64,000 nucleotides of DNA from Candidatus Latescibacterota bacterium (GTDB lineage Bacteria > Latescibacterota > UBA2968 > GCA-2709665): contig OZ220733.1 of assembly GCA_965116875.1 (NCBI GenBank), positions 2,304,001 to 2,368,000 of the forward strand, given 5' to 3'. The stretch's first letter is position 1; each line of letters starts with the position of its first letter. The notes below the pieces were generated by a model, which was not told the origin of the DNA, did not search any database, and saw nothing but the letters and a program-made list of their open reading frames with translations. Both the position numbers and the translations under genes were made by a program. Of this stretch, positions 1-8,942 are shown piece by piece.

Positions 1-1
1 G

Positions 2-154
2 GCCGTGCATTCCTTCGAAGCCGCGTTCATACGGTCGGCGCTGGAGCAGCACCAGGGCAATATGAGCCGCACGGCCCCGGCCATAGGCATGAAACGGCAG
101 GCGCTTCAGCAGAAAGTCAGGGAACTGGGGATCGATCCGGAAAAATACAGATAA
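2..154 (+). CDS. 3' end (partial) of a Fis-type HTH protein, probably a sigma54-dependent activator
   Basis: Frame 2 reads AVHSFEAAFIRSALEQHQGNMSRTAPAIGMKRQALQQKVRELGIDPEKYR*, a typical HTH_8 tail of NtrC-family proteins. Confidence 0.8.
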   Translation, partial: AVHSFEAAFIRSALEQHQGNMSRTAPAIGMKRQALQQKVRELGIDPEKYR

Positions 155-230
155 GGGAAGAAGTAAGAAGGTAGAAGGAAGAAGGAAAAGGGCCACACCG
201 CACACCACCAGTCATCGATACGGCCTGGCG

Positions 231-264
231 ACCGGAGACACATCTCGTGTTTCCGGTTTTTTTT
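231..264 (+). terminator. Rho-independent terminator
   Basis: Stem accggagacac / gtgtttccggt with a 5-nt loop, followed by a T run. Confidence 0.7.
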
Positions 265-389
265 CATTCGTGCCAACGGCGCTTTGCATGCAAGAACCGG
301 ATTGCAGGTGCAAGTTTCGGATGGCACCTGCACGTTTTTTTTGGGACGGATTGTCCTGGAATCGGCCTGTTTTCGCGCACAATCGGTTA

Positions 390-405
390 TGGCACGGGGT
401 TTGCA
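390..405 (+). promoter_or_regulatory. sigma54 -24/-12 promoter
   Basis: TGGCAC-GGGGT-TTGCA matches the consensus and lies 30 bp before the ATG at 435 (RBS AGGAGG). The palindrome tgcaggtgc-N12-gcacctgca at 303-332 is a candidate upstream activator site. Confidence 0.8.
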
Positions 406-434
406 CAAGGTGTGCTGCAGGAAAGGAGGACGTA

Positions 435-1082
435 ATGTCCACGCACACATTGACGTTTGCAGCCACCCTTCAGCGCCACACCGCCAACCTGATTACCGCC
501 TTCCGCGTCGTCTGCCTGTTCATGGCGGCGGCTTTTGCGGTCACCGGAGATACCGTACTGGCCTGGCTTGCGGTTCCCCTGGCGTTCGCGGCGCTGTTGA
601 TGGACTGGCTGGACGGGTTCGCCGCGCGCCGGCTGGGATGCGAAAGCAAGGTGGGCGGCCTGCTCGACATCGTGGGGGACCGGATCGCGGAGAACGTGTG
701 GTGGGTGGTGTTCGCGTGGCTGCATCTGGTCCCCCTGTGGGTGCCGCTGGTGGTGCTCAGCAGGGGATTCGTGACGGACGCCATTCGGAGCTGCGCGCTT
801 TCGCAGGGGCAGACCGCGTTCGGAGAGACGACGATGATGCGGTCGCGCATCGGATACGGTCTGGTCGCCTCCCGCGCAAGCAGGGCGACGTACGGGATTG
901 CGAAAGTGATCGCGTTTGTCGCGCTGTTCATCCAGAACGCGGTTCAACACTCGACAAGCCTTGCTCCCGGATTGGACTCAGGCGTGGAGTCGGTCGCCCT
1001 CGCGGCGACCTACCTGACCGTCGCCCTCTGCGCGATACGGGGGATTCCCGTGATCACCGCCGCAAAAAGGGTTGTCATCTAA
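435..1082 (+). CDS. CDP-alcohol phosphatidyltransferase family protein
   Basis: Signature DWLDGFAARRLGCESKVGGLLDIVGD (DxxDGxxAR...GxxLDxxxD), hydrophobic helices, and RBS AGGAGG before ATG 435. Confidence 0.9.
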   Translation: MSTHTLTFAATLQRHTANLITAFRVVCLFMAAAFAVTGDTVLAWLAVPLAFAALLMDWLDGFAARRLGCESKVGGLLDIVGDRIAENVWWVVFAWLHLVPLWVPLVVLSRGFVTDAIRSCALSQGQTAFGETTMMRSRIGYGLVASRASRATYGIAKVIAFVALFIQNAVQHSTSLAPGLDSGVESVALAATYLTVALCAIRGIPVITAAKRVVI

Positions 1083-1144
1083 CAGCCCGTCGAAAAAGTC
1101 CATCCGGGCTCGCCTGCAGAGCGACTTTCTCAACGGACTGCTAA
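1079..1144. mobile_element. Tiny MITE-like element (IS5-like ends) with CTAA direct repeats
   Basis: CTAA[cagcccgtcgaaaaagtc ... gactttctcaacggactg]CTAA: imperfect 18-bp terminal inverted repeats flanked by a 4-bp duplication. Confidence 0.55.
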
Positions 1145-1166
1145 CGGATCGGTTTTCGAGGAGAAC

Positions 1167-2201
1167 GTGATGAAACAGGAAGCATATATACTGCTCTGGT
1201 TGCTGGGCCTGGCATGCCTTGGCGTGCTGCTTTATCAGCTCGGTGAACCGGAGGTGTGGCGGCACGTGGTGGTGATGGGCTGGGGATACATCCCGATAAT
1301 TGGAATTACCCTGGCAGCCTATGTGAATAACGTCTGTGCATGGCGGGAGAGTTTTGACGGCGGGACCGAAAGGCCTCGAATGAGACCGTTGCTCTGGGTG
1401 AAACTGGTTGGCGAAGCCCTGGGCAACGTGATGCCGGCCTCGCAGATCAGCAAAGAGGTCGCGAAAGTGATGATGCTGAGGGAGCGGATGGGCGTGACCG
1501 CCGGGGTGTCGTCTCTCGTGCTCACCAAGACGGGCGAGATGGTCAGCGGCGTTCTCTTCGTCCTGGGCGGCGTTCTGGCGGGTCTTCACCGCTACGTGTT
1601 TCCTGAGGAAATCCGATGGGCGCTTTTTGCCGCGCTGACAATCGCCGTCGTCGGCACCGTGTTTACCGTGGTGAGACAGCGCCGCGACCCTTTTACCGGG
1701 CTTGTGAACCAGTTGGTGCGGATGCGGATCTCGTTTGTGGCGCGGTACCGCGACCGGGCGGGGGAAATCGATCGGAATCTGGCCGCGTTCTACCGGCTGA
1801 ATGGTTGGCGTCTGGCGGGCCTGCTGGGTATGCACGTGGTGACATGGGGCCTCGGAACGCTTGAGATCTATGTGATCCTTCATGTGCTGGGCGAGCCGAT
1901 GCCGCTGGTTTCGGTCTACCTGTTCCACTCGCTGATGATGGTGATCAATGTCATTTTCGGTTTCGTCCCCTATGGCATGGGGGTCTTCGAAGGCGGACAC
2001 GTGTTCCTCTTCCACCTGATGGGACTGGATCCGGGGACCGGACTGGCCGTGGGCATCGTGCGGAGAATCCGGAAGATCTTCTGGATGCTGTTCGGCCTGC
2101 TGCTGCTTCTGCTGGGTTCCCGCACAATCCGGTTCAGGACGCCGAAGGAGAAGGACGGTCTCGAACGAATGGAAGCCACGGCGTCATTGCACCGCGGGTA
2201 A
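1167..2201 (+). CDS. Lysylphosphatidylglycerol synthase TM / flippase-like (UPF0104, HpnL-like) membrane protein
   Basis: Multiple TM segments; motifs GEALGNVMPA and VPYGMGVFEGG...LAVGIVRRIR; adjacent to the phosphatidyltransferase. Confidence 0.75.
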   Translation: MMKQEAYILLWLLGLACLGVLLYQLGEPEVWRHVVVMGWGYIPIIGITLAAYVNNVCAWRESFDGGTERPRMRPLLWVKLVGEALGNVMPASQISKEVAKVMMLRERMGVTAGVSSLVLTKTGEMVSGVLFVLGGVLAGLHRYVFPEEIRWALFAALTIAVVGTVFTVVRQRRDPFTGLVNQLVRMRISFVARYRDRAGEIDRNLAAFYRLNGWRLAGLLGMHVVTWGLGTLEIYVILHVLGEPMPLVSVYLFHSLMMVINVIFGFVPYGMGVFEGGHVFLFHLMGLDPGTGLAVGIVRRIRKIFWMLFGLLLLLLGSRTIRFRTPKEKDGLERMEATASLHRG

Positions 2202-2264
2202 GCACCGTCTGGAATCTTTATTCGGTACAACGGTTTGGTCCACGAGAGACACTGGAGGAAGATC

Positions 2265-3404
2265 GTGAAAATTACGACACTCATCCTGACCGTGACAATC
2301 GTGTTCTGTGCGATACCCCCGTCCGCTGCACAGGCGGCCTCACAATTGCGGGTCCCGCGGCAGGCGGATCCGGCTGTTGAAGCGGCCATTCAGAGGCTCA
2401 GTGAGAAGACGGTTACGGTAATGCCCGGTAAGGACCTTGATCTGAATAAGCTCTCGTCCGGATTGTATACTTACGTGGTGTTCAATTTGAAAGAGACGGA
2501 AAGCGCGGCGATGGGCCGGATTGTCTCCTGCGACTCGAATCGAATCGTCGTCGCGGCGGGTGCAGGGAGTGGATGGGAGATCGCGCTTCACGATATCGTG
2601 GTCCTCGCCGTGGCCGACAACCCGGGCGGTATCGAGCTGTGGCGAATGGCGCGGCGTGAGATGTTGGAGGTCCGGGAGACGGTGATATCCGGCGAAAATC
2701 CCAATCTCGAAGATTTGAGAATCGGATGGCACGCACACGTTGACTATCGATCCTCCGATATCGAGCGCTCCGCCACGGGAGTGATAACGCGTATAGACGC
2801 AGATCATATCGAGATCAAACCAGGGAAAGAGCCGGAAGTCCGGCAGAGAATCCGGAAGGGTAATATCGAGCGCATCTTAATTTTCCGAGGTCGCAGCAAA
2901 TTGGATCGCTGGCGGAAAGCGAGGGAGGCAATGCGCCAACTGCAGGGTCCCAGGGTCCGGTTGAGGGCGCCCTCGATATCGCCGGAATGGATGATCGGTA
3001 GGTTCGCAGGTTCCGTCCGTGACACACTTGTGGTCCTGTCCGAACGCGGTACCGAACGGGTCCACCGTACTCTCGTCAAGGATCTGGAAGTAAGCATGGG
3101 TCGCCGCCGAAACACGATCAAGGGTATGGCCATAGGGGCTCTTGCCGGACTCGGCACGGCATTTCTGTTATATCCTTATAATGTATCTGACGACGATAGA
3201 AGAGGGGAGATTGCAGAAAGGGACCGCGCGGACCGATTCTTCTACGCCGTTCTGGTGGTGCCACTCGCGACAGTCTGTGGCACCCTCGCCGGCGCCAGGA
3301 CGATTGCCGAAAAATGGGTCGAAGTCCCCCCTTCGCGGATCAATCTGAGCATCGCGCCGACAAGGGAAAGAGGACTTCGAGCCGCGGTATCGTTCAACTT
3401 TTAG
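2265..3404 (+). CDS. Secreted hypothetical protein, paralog family A (2 repeat modules, glycine-zipper region, C-terminal FxF tail)
   Basis: GGAGG RBS and GTG start; signal peptide ending AAQA; two ~85-aa G(W/L)(H/Y)xxVx(Y/F) modules; ends KWVEVPPSRINLSIAPTRERGLRAAVSFNF. Confidence 0.8.
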   Translation: MKITTLILTVTIVFCAIPPSAAQAASQLRVPRQADPAVEAAIQRLSEKTVTVMPGKDLDLNKLSSGLYTYVVFNLKETESAAMGRIVSCDSNRIVVAAGAGSGWEIALHDIVVLAVADNPGGIELWRMARREMLEVRETVISGENPNLEDLRIGWHAHVDYRSSDIERSATGVITRIDADHIEIKPGKEPEVRQRIRKGNIERILIFRGRSKLDRWRKAREAMRQLQGPRVRLRAPSISPEWMIGRFAGSVRDTLVVLSERGTERVHRTLVKDLEVSMGRRRNTIKGMAIGALAGLGTAFLLYPYNVSDDDRRGEIAERDRADRFFYAVLVVPLATVCGTLAGARTIAEKWVEVPPSRINLSIAPTRERGLRAAVSFNF

Positions 3405-3633
3405 GTGTCTGCCAGGGCGCAGGGGTGCCGCGATTACTGTGTCAATAGACCGTCTACCCAGGTGGCAAGACTGTAACGGAGGGAAGAAGGAAGAAGGAAA
3501 AAGGAAGAAGGAAGAAAAACCGCAAAGGCGGGGTGACGTGGGACGCAGGATGCGAGGGAAATCCGAAACGAAAGGAGCGAGGGAGACCTCTCGCGTCCTG
3601 CGCCTCGAACAAACCGCGTTTTCCTCTTCCTTC
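3400..3633 (+). repeat. Structured intergenic element, copy 1 (GA-rich tract plus long hairpin)
   Basis: Homologous to 7283-7523: ttaggtgtctgcca...tggcaagac, (GAAGAAG)n, then gcgagggaaatccg...ggagcgagggagacctctcgcgtcctgcgcc...aaaccgc.ttttcctcttccttc. Confidence 0.85.
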
Positions 3634-3698
3634 GACTCTCGTTCTTCGTGCCTTCGTAGAGCCGGACAATACAGGACAATTGTCAGCGAGGCGGATTC

Positions 3699-5060
3699 AT
3701 GAAGACAAACGCGATGTTGTTGTTCGCAGCGATCTTGACCACGATTGCCGCGCCCTCCGCTTCCTTCGCCGCACAAGGTTCCGAGAGCGGGGGCGTCATT
3801 GTGATGTCGCGCGGAGAGGTGAACCCCACGACGCTCGAGACGGGTATGTACGCATACGCGGCCTACAAGGCGAAGGGAATCGAAGGGTCAGCGTGGGGTC
3901 GAATTGTGCGAATCGAGCCGGACGGTATCGTGATCGAATCCGAGGCCGAGCCATTGGAAACACGGAAAATATCGTTTGGTGACGTTGATATTCTGGCCGT
4001 CGCGAAAGATCGGCTTTCCTTCGAATCGTGGCTGGATCTGAGACTGGCCGCGGAGAAGATCACCGTCATGACCCGCAATGACCTCGACCTGACGAAGCTC
4101 GCGACCGGATCGTACGCGCACGTGGTCTATACGTGGCGGGGTCTCAAGAGGGCGTCATTCGGAAAGGTCCTGGAGGTAGCGCCGCATGGCATTCTGGTCC
4201 TATCCGGGACTGAGCAGACTGAGACGGCGAAGATTGCGGCCGCCGAGATCGACACACTCGCGTTTGCCAATTCCCTGCAGGCCGTGGAGCGTTGGCAGAA
4301 GTGGTCCGAGCGCGGCATCGTCCAAATGTCGCGCTGGGATTTGAATCCTTCGATGCTCGAGGAAGGGCTACACGTTCACGTTGTCTACAATTCCCATGGC
4401 AGAAAACGAAAAGCAGTCGGAAGAATCATAGGCACGTACGGCGATAGAGTTGTGATTCAGTACCGGGTGGGAGGCAAGGCCACGTGGGCGCACCCGGAAA
4501 ATCTGGAAATCGCATATCGCGACGTCGAGACCGTCATTGCGGCCAGGGATCGACAAGACCTCCAGACTTTGGGACGGACGAGGACCTACTTCGGTTACTC
4601 CAATGGGCACAAGGTTGAGGGCCGGGCCCGCGTTGCCATGAAGCTGATTTTCGGGTCGGCACTCGGCGCTGTTACGGCTGCGCCAGCGGCCCTGAGTCAC
4701 TTCCCCGAGCATTATCGTGATGATCCCGGTCCTCCATTGGAAGTTGTTCCTGTAGCCATTCTACATGTCGCCGCAACAGCCTGGGTCATCAACAAAGTGG
4801 ATCCGCTCGCACGATATGGACCGACATTTACAGGCAGTCTGTTAGGGTGCGCTGCTGTTTCCTCCGCGGTTCTGCTGAGTGATCTGGATGGCTACCAGGG
4901 TCCCGCGGTTGCGTGGCTCGGGTATATTGCGGTAACGACACTTGCTGCAACAATTGCCTCCGAGATTTCACGGGAACTGCCTGACGGACCCGGTTTCTCA
5001 GTCGGCCTGGCTCCGCGGAGAAACGGTAGCCTGTCCGCTGTCGCAGCGTATCGATTCTAG
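3699..5060 (+). CDS. Secreted hypothetical protein, family A (3 modules, different TM-rich C-terminus)
   Basis: Signal peptide ending ASFA; modules VMSRGEVNP..GMYAYAAY, VMTRNDLD..GSYAHVVY and MSRWDLNP..GLHVHVVY; ends GLAPRRNGSLSAVAAYRF. Confidence 0.8.
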   Translation: MKTNAMLLFAAILTTIAAPSASFAAQGSESGGVIVMSRGEVNPTTLETGMYAYAAYKAKGIEGSAWGRIVRIEPDGIVIESEAEPLETRKISFGDVDILAVAKDRLSFESWLDLRLAAEKITVMTRNDLDLTKLATGSYAHVVYTWRGLKRASFGKVLEVAPHGILVLSGTEQTETAKIAAAEIDTLAFANSLQAVERWQKWSERGIVQMSRWDLNPSMLEEGLHVHVVYNSHGRKRKAVGRIIGTYGDRVVIQYRVGGKATWAHPENLEIAYRDVETVIAARDRQDLQTLGRTRTYFGYSNGHKVEGRARVAMKLIFGSALGAVTAAPAALSHFPEHYRDDPGPPLEVVPVAILHVAATAWVINKVDPLARYGPTFTGSLLGCAAVSSAVLLSDLDGYQGPAVAWLGYIAVTTLAATIASEISRELPDGPGFSVGLAPRRNGSLSAVAAYRF

Positions 5061-5063
5061 CAA

Positions 5064-5586
5064 ACGAACCGGTCTCGCTTCGCGTCCGCGTGGTCTACAA
5101 ACGTCCCGAAAAGACGGACGCGGTCCCGAACGGATACGCGGCGGACCATGCATGGATGGAGTTCCAAGAGTTTAGGGAGACGTTTTCGGGGCACGGGATG
5201 GAGGGGAAGAGAATGAAGGAAGAAGGAAGAAGGAAGAAGGAAGGAAAGTAAAAGACGGGAGAACAAACCACAGCGGAGATGGCGATCCTGGTTGCACCGG
5301 GATACTCTAGGCGCTGTGAACACGCACCTCCCGATCGAGTTTGCCGGAGAGGGTGTCGCGGGCGTTTTCAAGGTCGTACCGGGTTTGCAGGTTCATCCAG
5401 AACTGAGCTTCCATTGAAAAAAAGCGTCCCAATCTCAAGGCTGTATCCGCAGTAATGCGCCGTTTCCCGTGGATGATTTCATTGATGCGCCGCGGCGGCA
5501 CATTGATTGACTTCGCCAGGTGATACTGACTCATCTGCATCGGCTTGAGGAAATCTTCCAGCAGGATCTCGCCCGGATGAATCGGC
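5064..5586. repeat. Segmental duplication of 8301-8876 (3' end of the 7550-8575 gene, GA tract, higA body)
   Basis: acgaaccggtctcgcttc...gcccggatgRatcggc is present at both loci with scattered substitutions. Confidence 0.9.
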
Positions 5587-5606
5587 GGAAAGTCGCGGGT
5601 CTTCAC
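5307..5606 (-). CDS. higA: HigA family antitoxin (XRE HTH)
   Basis: PIHPGEILLEDFL...RINEIIHGKRRITADTALRLGRFF...FWMNLQ signature. Confidence 0.95.
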   Translation of the reverse strand: MKTRDFPPIHPGEILLEDFLKPMQMSQYHLAKSINVPPRRINEIIHGKRRITADTALRLGRFFSMEAQFWMNLQTRYDLENARDTLSGKLDREVRVHSA

Positions 5607-5615
5607 AATATCTCC

Positions 5616-5897
5616 TTAATGATAATCGACGATCTCGACGTCGTATGCGTCATCGTCTCGCCATACGAAACACACACGCCACTGGTCGTTAATGCGAATG
5701 CTATGCTGCCCTTTACGATCATGGGATAACGCTTCGAGTCGGTTGCCGCGAGGTACGTGGAGCGTTTCAAGGATCGTCGCGGCGTTCAGTTGCTCGAGCT
5801 TGCGTGCGGCCGTTCTTTGAATATCCTGCGGCAATTTCAGGGAAAACCGGCCGCGAAATATCTTCTCGGCTTCCCTGTCCCTGAAGGATCGGATCAC
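5616..5897 (-). CDS. higB: HigB family (RelE-like) toxin
   Basis: MIRSFRDREAEKIF...GNRLEAL..DRKGQHSIRINDQWRVCFVW..DAYDVEIVDYH; toxin lies upstream of the antitoxin. Confidence 0.95.
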   Translation of the reverse strand: MIRSFRDREAEKIFRGRFSLKLPQDIQRTAARKLEQLNAATILETLHVPRGNRLEALSHDRKGQHSIRINDQWRVCFVWRDDDAYDVEIVDYH

Positions 5898-5903
5898 CCA
5901 CTA

Positions 5904-5940
5904 AGCATAACAACCTCTAGTAATAACGTCAAGCGTTATT
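5904..5940 (-). promoter_or_regulatory. higBA sigma70 promoter with overlapping operator palindrome
   Basis: Minus strand TTGACG-17 bp-TATGCT, ending 6 nt before the GTG start; perfect inverted repeat AATAACG-N5-CGTTATT (5922-5940) overlaps the -35. Confidence 0.8.
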
Positions 5941-6051
5941 GTGTGAAAAAACATGGATGAACTCGCAATCGCGACAGGAGCGCTGACTTACTCGGGGATT
6001 TGAATAGACGTTAAATGGCGAATGATGATATCATCTGCCAAAGGGGGGTTT

Positions 6052-7287
6052 ATGAAACCGACCTCGTTCGCTTGGGTTGCAAGTTTTCTGTTGGAGATCC
6101 TTGCCCCATGTATCTCGCATGCCTCCGGACAACTGCAAGTCGAGGAGGCCGGCCGCGTTGCGAGATCGAACACTATCAGCGATAGCGGCAGAAAACAAAC
6201 GCCGGAGGACGACACTGCCGCACACGTCGTGCAACGGGTTTACAGAGGGTTCGACGACAATGATATCATCCCGCTGGCACGGGTGAATGTGGAGCCGAAG
6301 CGCCCAATCGAGGGGTTTGAAGAGGAAGCTGCAATCTACACATCACGGGATGAATTCGACCCGGAGAGGATTAAGAAGGGGTACTATGCCCATGTAGTTT
6401 ACTCAAGGAGAGGTGAGTGGAACACGGCAGCGGGTAAGATCGAGGATACATTCTCGGACAATTTCATAATCAGATCGGTCTCAGGATTTTGGATGAGTTG
6501 GAGGATTGCACATGACGAGATTGAAACGATGGTTACGTATCGAAACCGGCGGAACATCGAGTCGTGGCTACAGACGAGAACGGCCATAGTACGCTTTCAC
6601 GAGACTCTCCTGTATGTTATGACGCGGGACGACATCGACCAGGCAAGGCTGAAGAAGGGCGCCTATGCCACTGTATTTTATAGTACGGAACGCACGATGA
6701 AAACGGCATTTGGCAAGATTGCGGACAAAGACGAGGATCAGATAGAGATCCAATCCAATCCCTTGATGAGATGGAAAATCACAAAAGGCGACATCGACAT
6801 GCTGGTTCTTGGTGAATCAAGGAGCGACATGGATGGATGGTTTCGTGAAAAATATCCCGCAATCCGGGTAAAAACTGGTTCGATATCGAGAAGGCGAATC
6901 ACCGGACGTTTTTTCGCAGTAAAGGGGGACACCCTAATTGTGGTTTCCGATCGCGGTTTTGAACGGATCCATTTATCGTCAATTGACGATTTCGAAGTAA
7001 GCGTAGGACGGTACAGAAACACGGGCAAGGGCATGTTAATCGGCGCCGCATTGGGACTTGCAATCCTTGCGCCGACCGCACTCTCGCAAGATGACGACTA
7101 CGAATTACAGGGGTTGGTAAACTATGGCGTGACAGTGTCTTCCTTATGCGTTTTCATTGGATCTGCGATAGTTGGCTATGCGAAAAAATCCAACAAATGG
7201 GTTGACGTCTCACCAATCCGCCTCAATCTGGGTATCGCGCCCACGCAGAAAGGAGGTGTTCATACCGCGCTGTCTTTCGATTTTTAG
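6052..7287 (+). CDS. Secreted hypothetical protein, family A (2 modules, glycine-zipper region, FDF tail)
   Basis: Modules KGYYAHVVY and KGAYATVFY; C-terminal FEVSVGRYRNTGKGMLIG...KWVDVSPIRLNLGIAPTQKGGVHTALSFDF parallels 2265-3404. Confidence 0.8.
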   Translation: MKPTSFAWVASFLLEILAPCISHASGQLQVEEAGRVARSNTISDSGRKQTPEDDTAAHVVQRVYRGFDDNDIIPLARVNVEPKRPIEGFEEEAAIYTSRDEFDPERIKKGYYAHVVYSRRGEWNTAAGKIEDTFSDNFIIRSVSGFWMSWRIAHDEIETMVTYRNRRNIESWLQTRTAIVRFHETLLYVMTRDDIDQARLKKGAYATVFYSTERTMKTAFGKIADKDEDQIEIQSNPLMRWKITKGDIDMLVLGESRSDMDGWFREKYPAIRVKTGSISRRRITGRFFAVKGDTLIVVSDRGFERIHLSSIDDFEVSVGRYRNTGKGMLIGAALGLAILAPTALSQDDDYELQGLVNYGVTVSSLCVFIGSAIVGYAKKSNKWVDVSPIRLNLGIAPTQKGGVHTALSFDF

Positions 7288-7523
7288 GTGTCTGCCAAGG
7301 CGCGCGGATGTAGCGATTACTATGACGGCAGATCGTCAATCCATGTGGCAAGACGCTAAAGGCGGGGAGACGGAAGAAGGAAGAAGGAAGAAGGAAGAAC
7401 GAAGAAGGAAGAAAAACGGCAAAGGCGGTTTGACGTGGGACGCGAGGGAAATCCGGAACGAAAGGAGCGAGGGAGACCTCTCGCGTCCTGCGCCCCGAAC
7501 AAACCGCATTTTCCTCTTCCTTC
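7283..7523 (+). repeat. Structured intergenic element, copy 2
   Basis: Homologous to 3400-3633 and again starts at the stop codon of a family A gene. Confidence 0.85.
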
Positions 7524-7549
7524 ATCCTTTCATCTATAGGGAGAACGAC

Positions 7550-8575
7550 GTGAGCGAACCGTGTTACTTCATATCCGCCGGAGAACTGCGTGCGATTGTG
7601 GGGGACGACACGGACCACGGCGGGGGACGGGACGAACACAGCGGGGTCTGGTTTCTGACGTCAACAAAGGACAGCCATACGGCGGTATCTCAGGGGAACG
7701 GGATCTTGCTCTTCGGCCACCACAGGGGCACGCGGCCTTCGGTGCGGCGGCTGGACGACACGTCGGTCGAGTTGTTCAAGGAGGCGGGCGATGCGAACAA
7801 CCACGTGGAAACGCGGGGGACTTATCGCCTGGTGGCGCCGCACTACATTGACTACGAGATGACGGCAACCGCCCGTTCCGGGCACCGGCCGCAGGACCGC
7901 ACGTCATTCAGCTGGTGCTGTTACGTAAACTCCCCGGCGGAAAAGGGCATTCACTTTATTGAAAACGGCCTGTGGACGTATTACTTCAATCCGGTACACG
8001 GGCAGGGCGCGATGGTCTTTCCAACCGATCTGGACGCGACCGAACGGGAACCATGGGGCCGCGAGCCGGCCACGGCGTTTCTGGACGGACAGCGGAACTT
8101 CAGTCATTCCGATTCGGGGCGTACCTTCGATTATCCATTCTATTTCGGGATGATCCGCGGGATGATGTTCCAGATTATGGCGGACGATTTTCCCGGCTTC
8201 CGGTTCTTCATCTCGCCGTCGGGCGCGGGGCAGTCGCTGCTGCGTGGGCAGAGCAGTCCGGCGTGGGATTTCGCGTGGGAGACGGATGGGCTCAGGGTGG
8301 ACGAACCGGTCTCGCTTCACGTCCGCGTGGTCTACAGACGTCCCGAAAAGACAGATGCGGTCCCGAACGGGTACGCGGCGGACCATGCATGGATGGAGTT
8401 TCAGAGGTTCAGGGAGACGTTTCCGGTGCGGGGGATGGAGGGGAAAAGGAAAAACGAAGAAGGAAGAACCGGAAAGGCCGGGAAAAGAATGAAGGAAGAA
8501 GGAAAAACGAAGAAGGAAGAACCGGAAAGGCCGGGTGACCTGAGACGGGAAAACAAACCGGAGCGGAGTTGGTGA
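7550..8575 (+). CDS. Hypothetical beta-rich protein (possibly galactose mutarotase-like fold) with a low-complexity K/E tail read through the GA repeat
   Basis: GGGAG RBS and GTG 7550; motifs YRLVAPHYIDY, FDYPFYFG, FFISPSGAG and PAWDF. The fold call is tentative. Confidence 0.65.
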   Translation: MSEPCYFISAGELRAIVGDDTDHGGGRDEHSGVWFLTSTKDSHTAVSQGNGILLFGHHRGTRPSVRRLDDTSVELFKEAGDANNHVETRGTYRLVAPHYIDYEMTATARSGHRPQDRTSFSWCCYVNSPAEKGIHFIENGLWTYYFNPVHGQGAMVFPTDLDATEREPWGREPATAFLDGQRNFSHSDSGRTFDYPFYFGMIRGMMFQIMADDFPGFRFFISPSGAGQSLLRGQSSPAWDFAWETDGLRVDEPVSLHVRVVYRRPEKTDAVPNGYAADHAWMEFQRFRETFPVRGMEGKRKNEEGRTGKAGKRMKEEGKTKKEEPERPGDLRRENKPERSW

Positions 8576-8596
8576 TCCAGGCTCCACCGGGTTACT

Positions 8597-8876
8597 CTAG
8601 GCCGTGTGAACACGCACCTCTTGATCGAGCCTTCCAGATAGGGTGTCACGCGCGGCTTCAAGGTCGTACCGGGACTGCAGATTCATCCAGAACTGAGCTT
8701 CCATAGAAAAAAAGCGCCCCAGTCTCAAGGCCGTATCTGCAGTAACGCGCCGTTTTCCGTGTATGATCTCATTGATGCGGCGCGGCGGCACATTGATTGC
8801 CTTCGCCAGGTGATACTGACTCATCTGCTTCGGCTTGAGGAAATCTTCCAGCAGGATCTCGCCCGGATGGATCGGC
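8597..8876 (-). pseudogene. higA: 5'-truncated higA copy without higB
   Basis: Near-identical to 5307-5586. Homology stops at the PIHPG codons; upstream in frame there is no start codon before a TGA. Confidence 0.8.
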
Positions 8877-8942
8877 CTTAAACATGTGCTATGGCAGTGA
8901 CGTCAATACTCACATCGAAAAACTGCAAAAAGGGTATGCTCC

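Noticed and set aside
5520-5729. Plus-strand ORF resembling 'hypothetical proteins' (MIIDDLDVV...)
   Set aside because: Antisense shadow of higBA.
7172-7549. N-terminal extension of ORF 7172-8575
   Set aside because: It overlaps the previous gene and reads through the non-coding repeat; an RBS supports GTG 7550.
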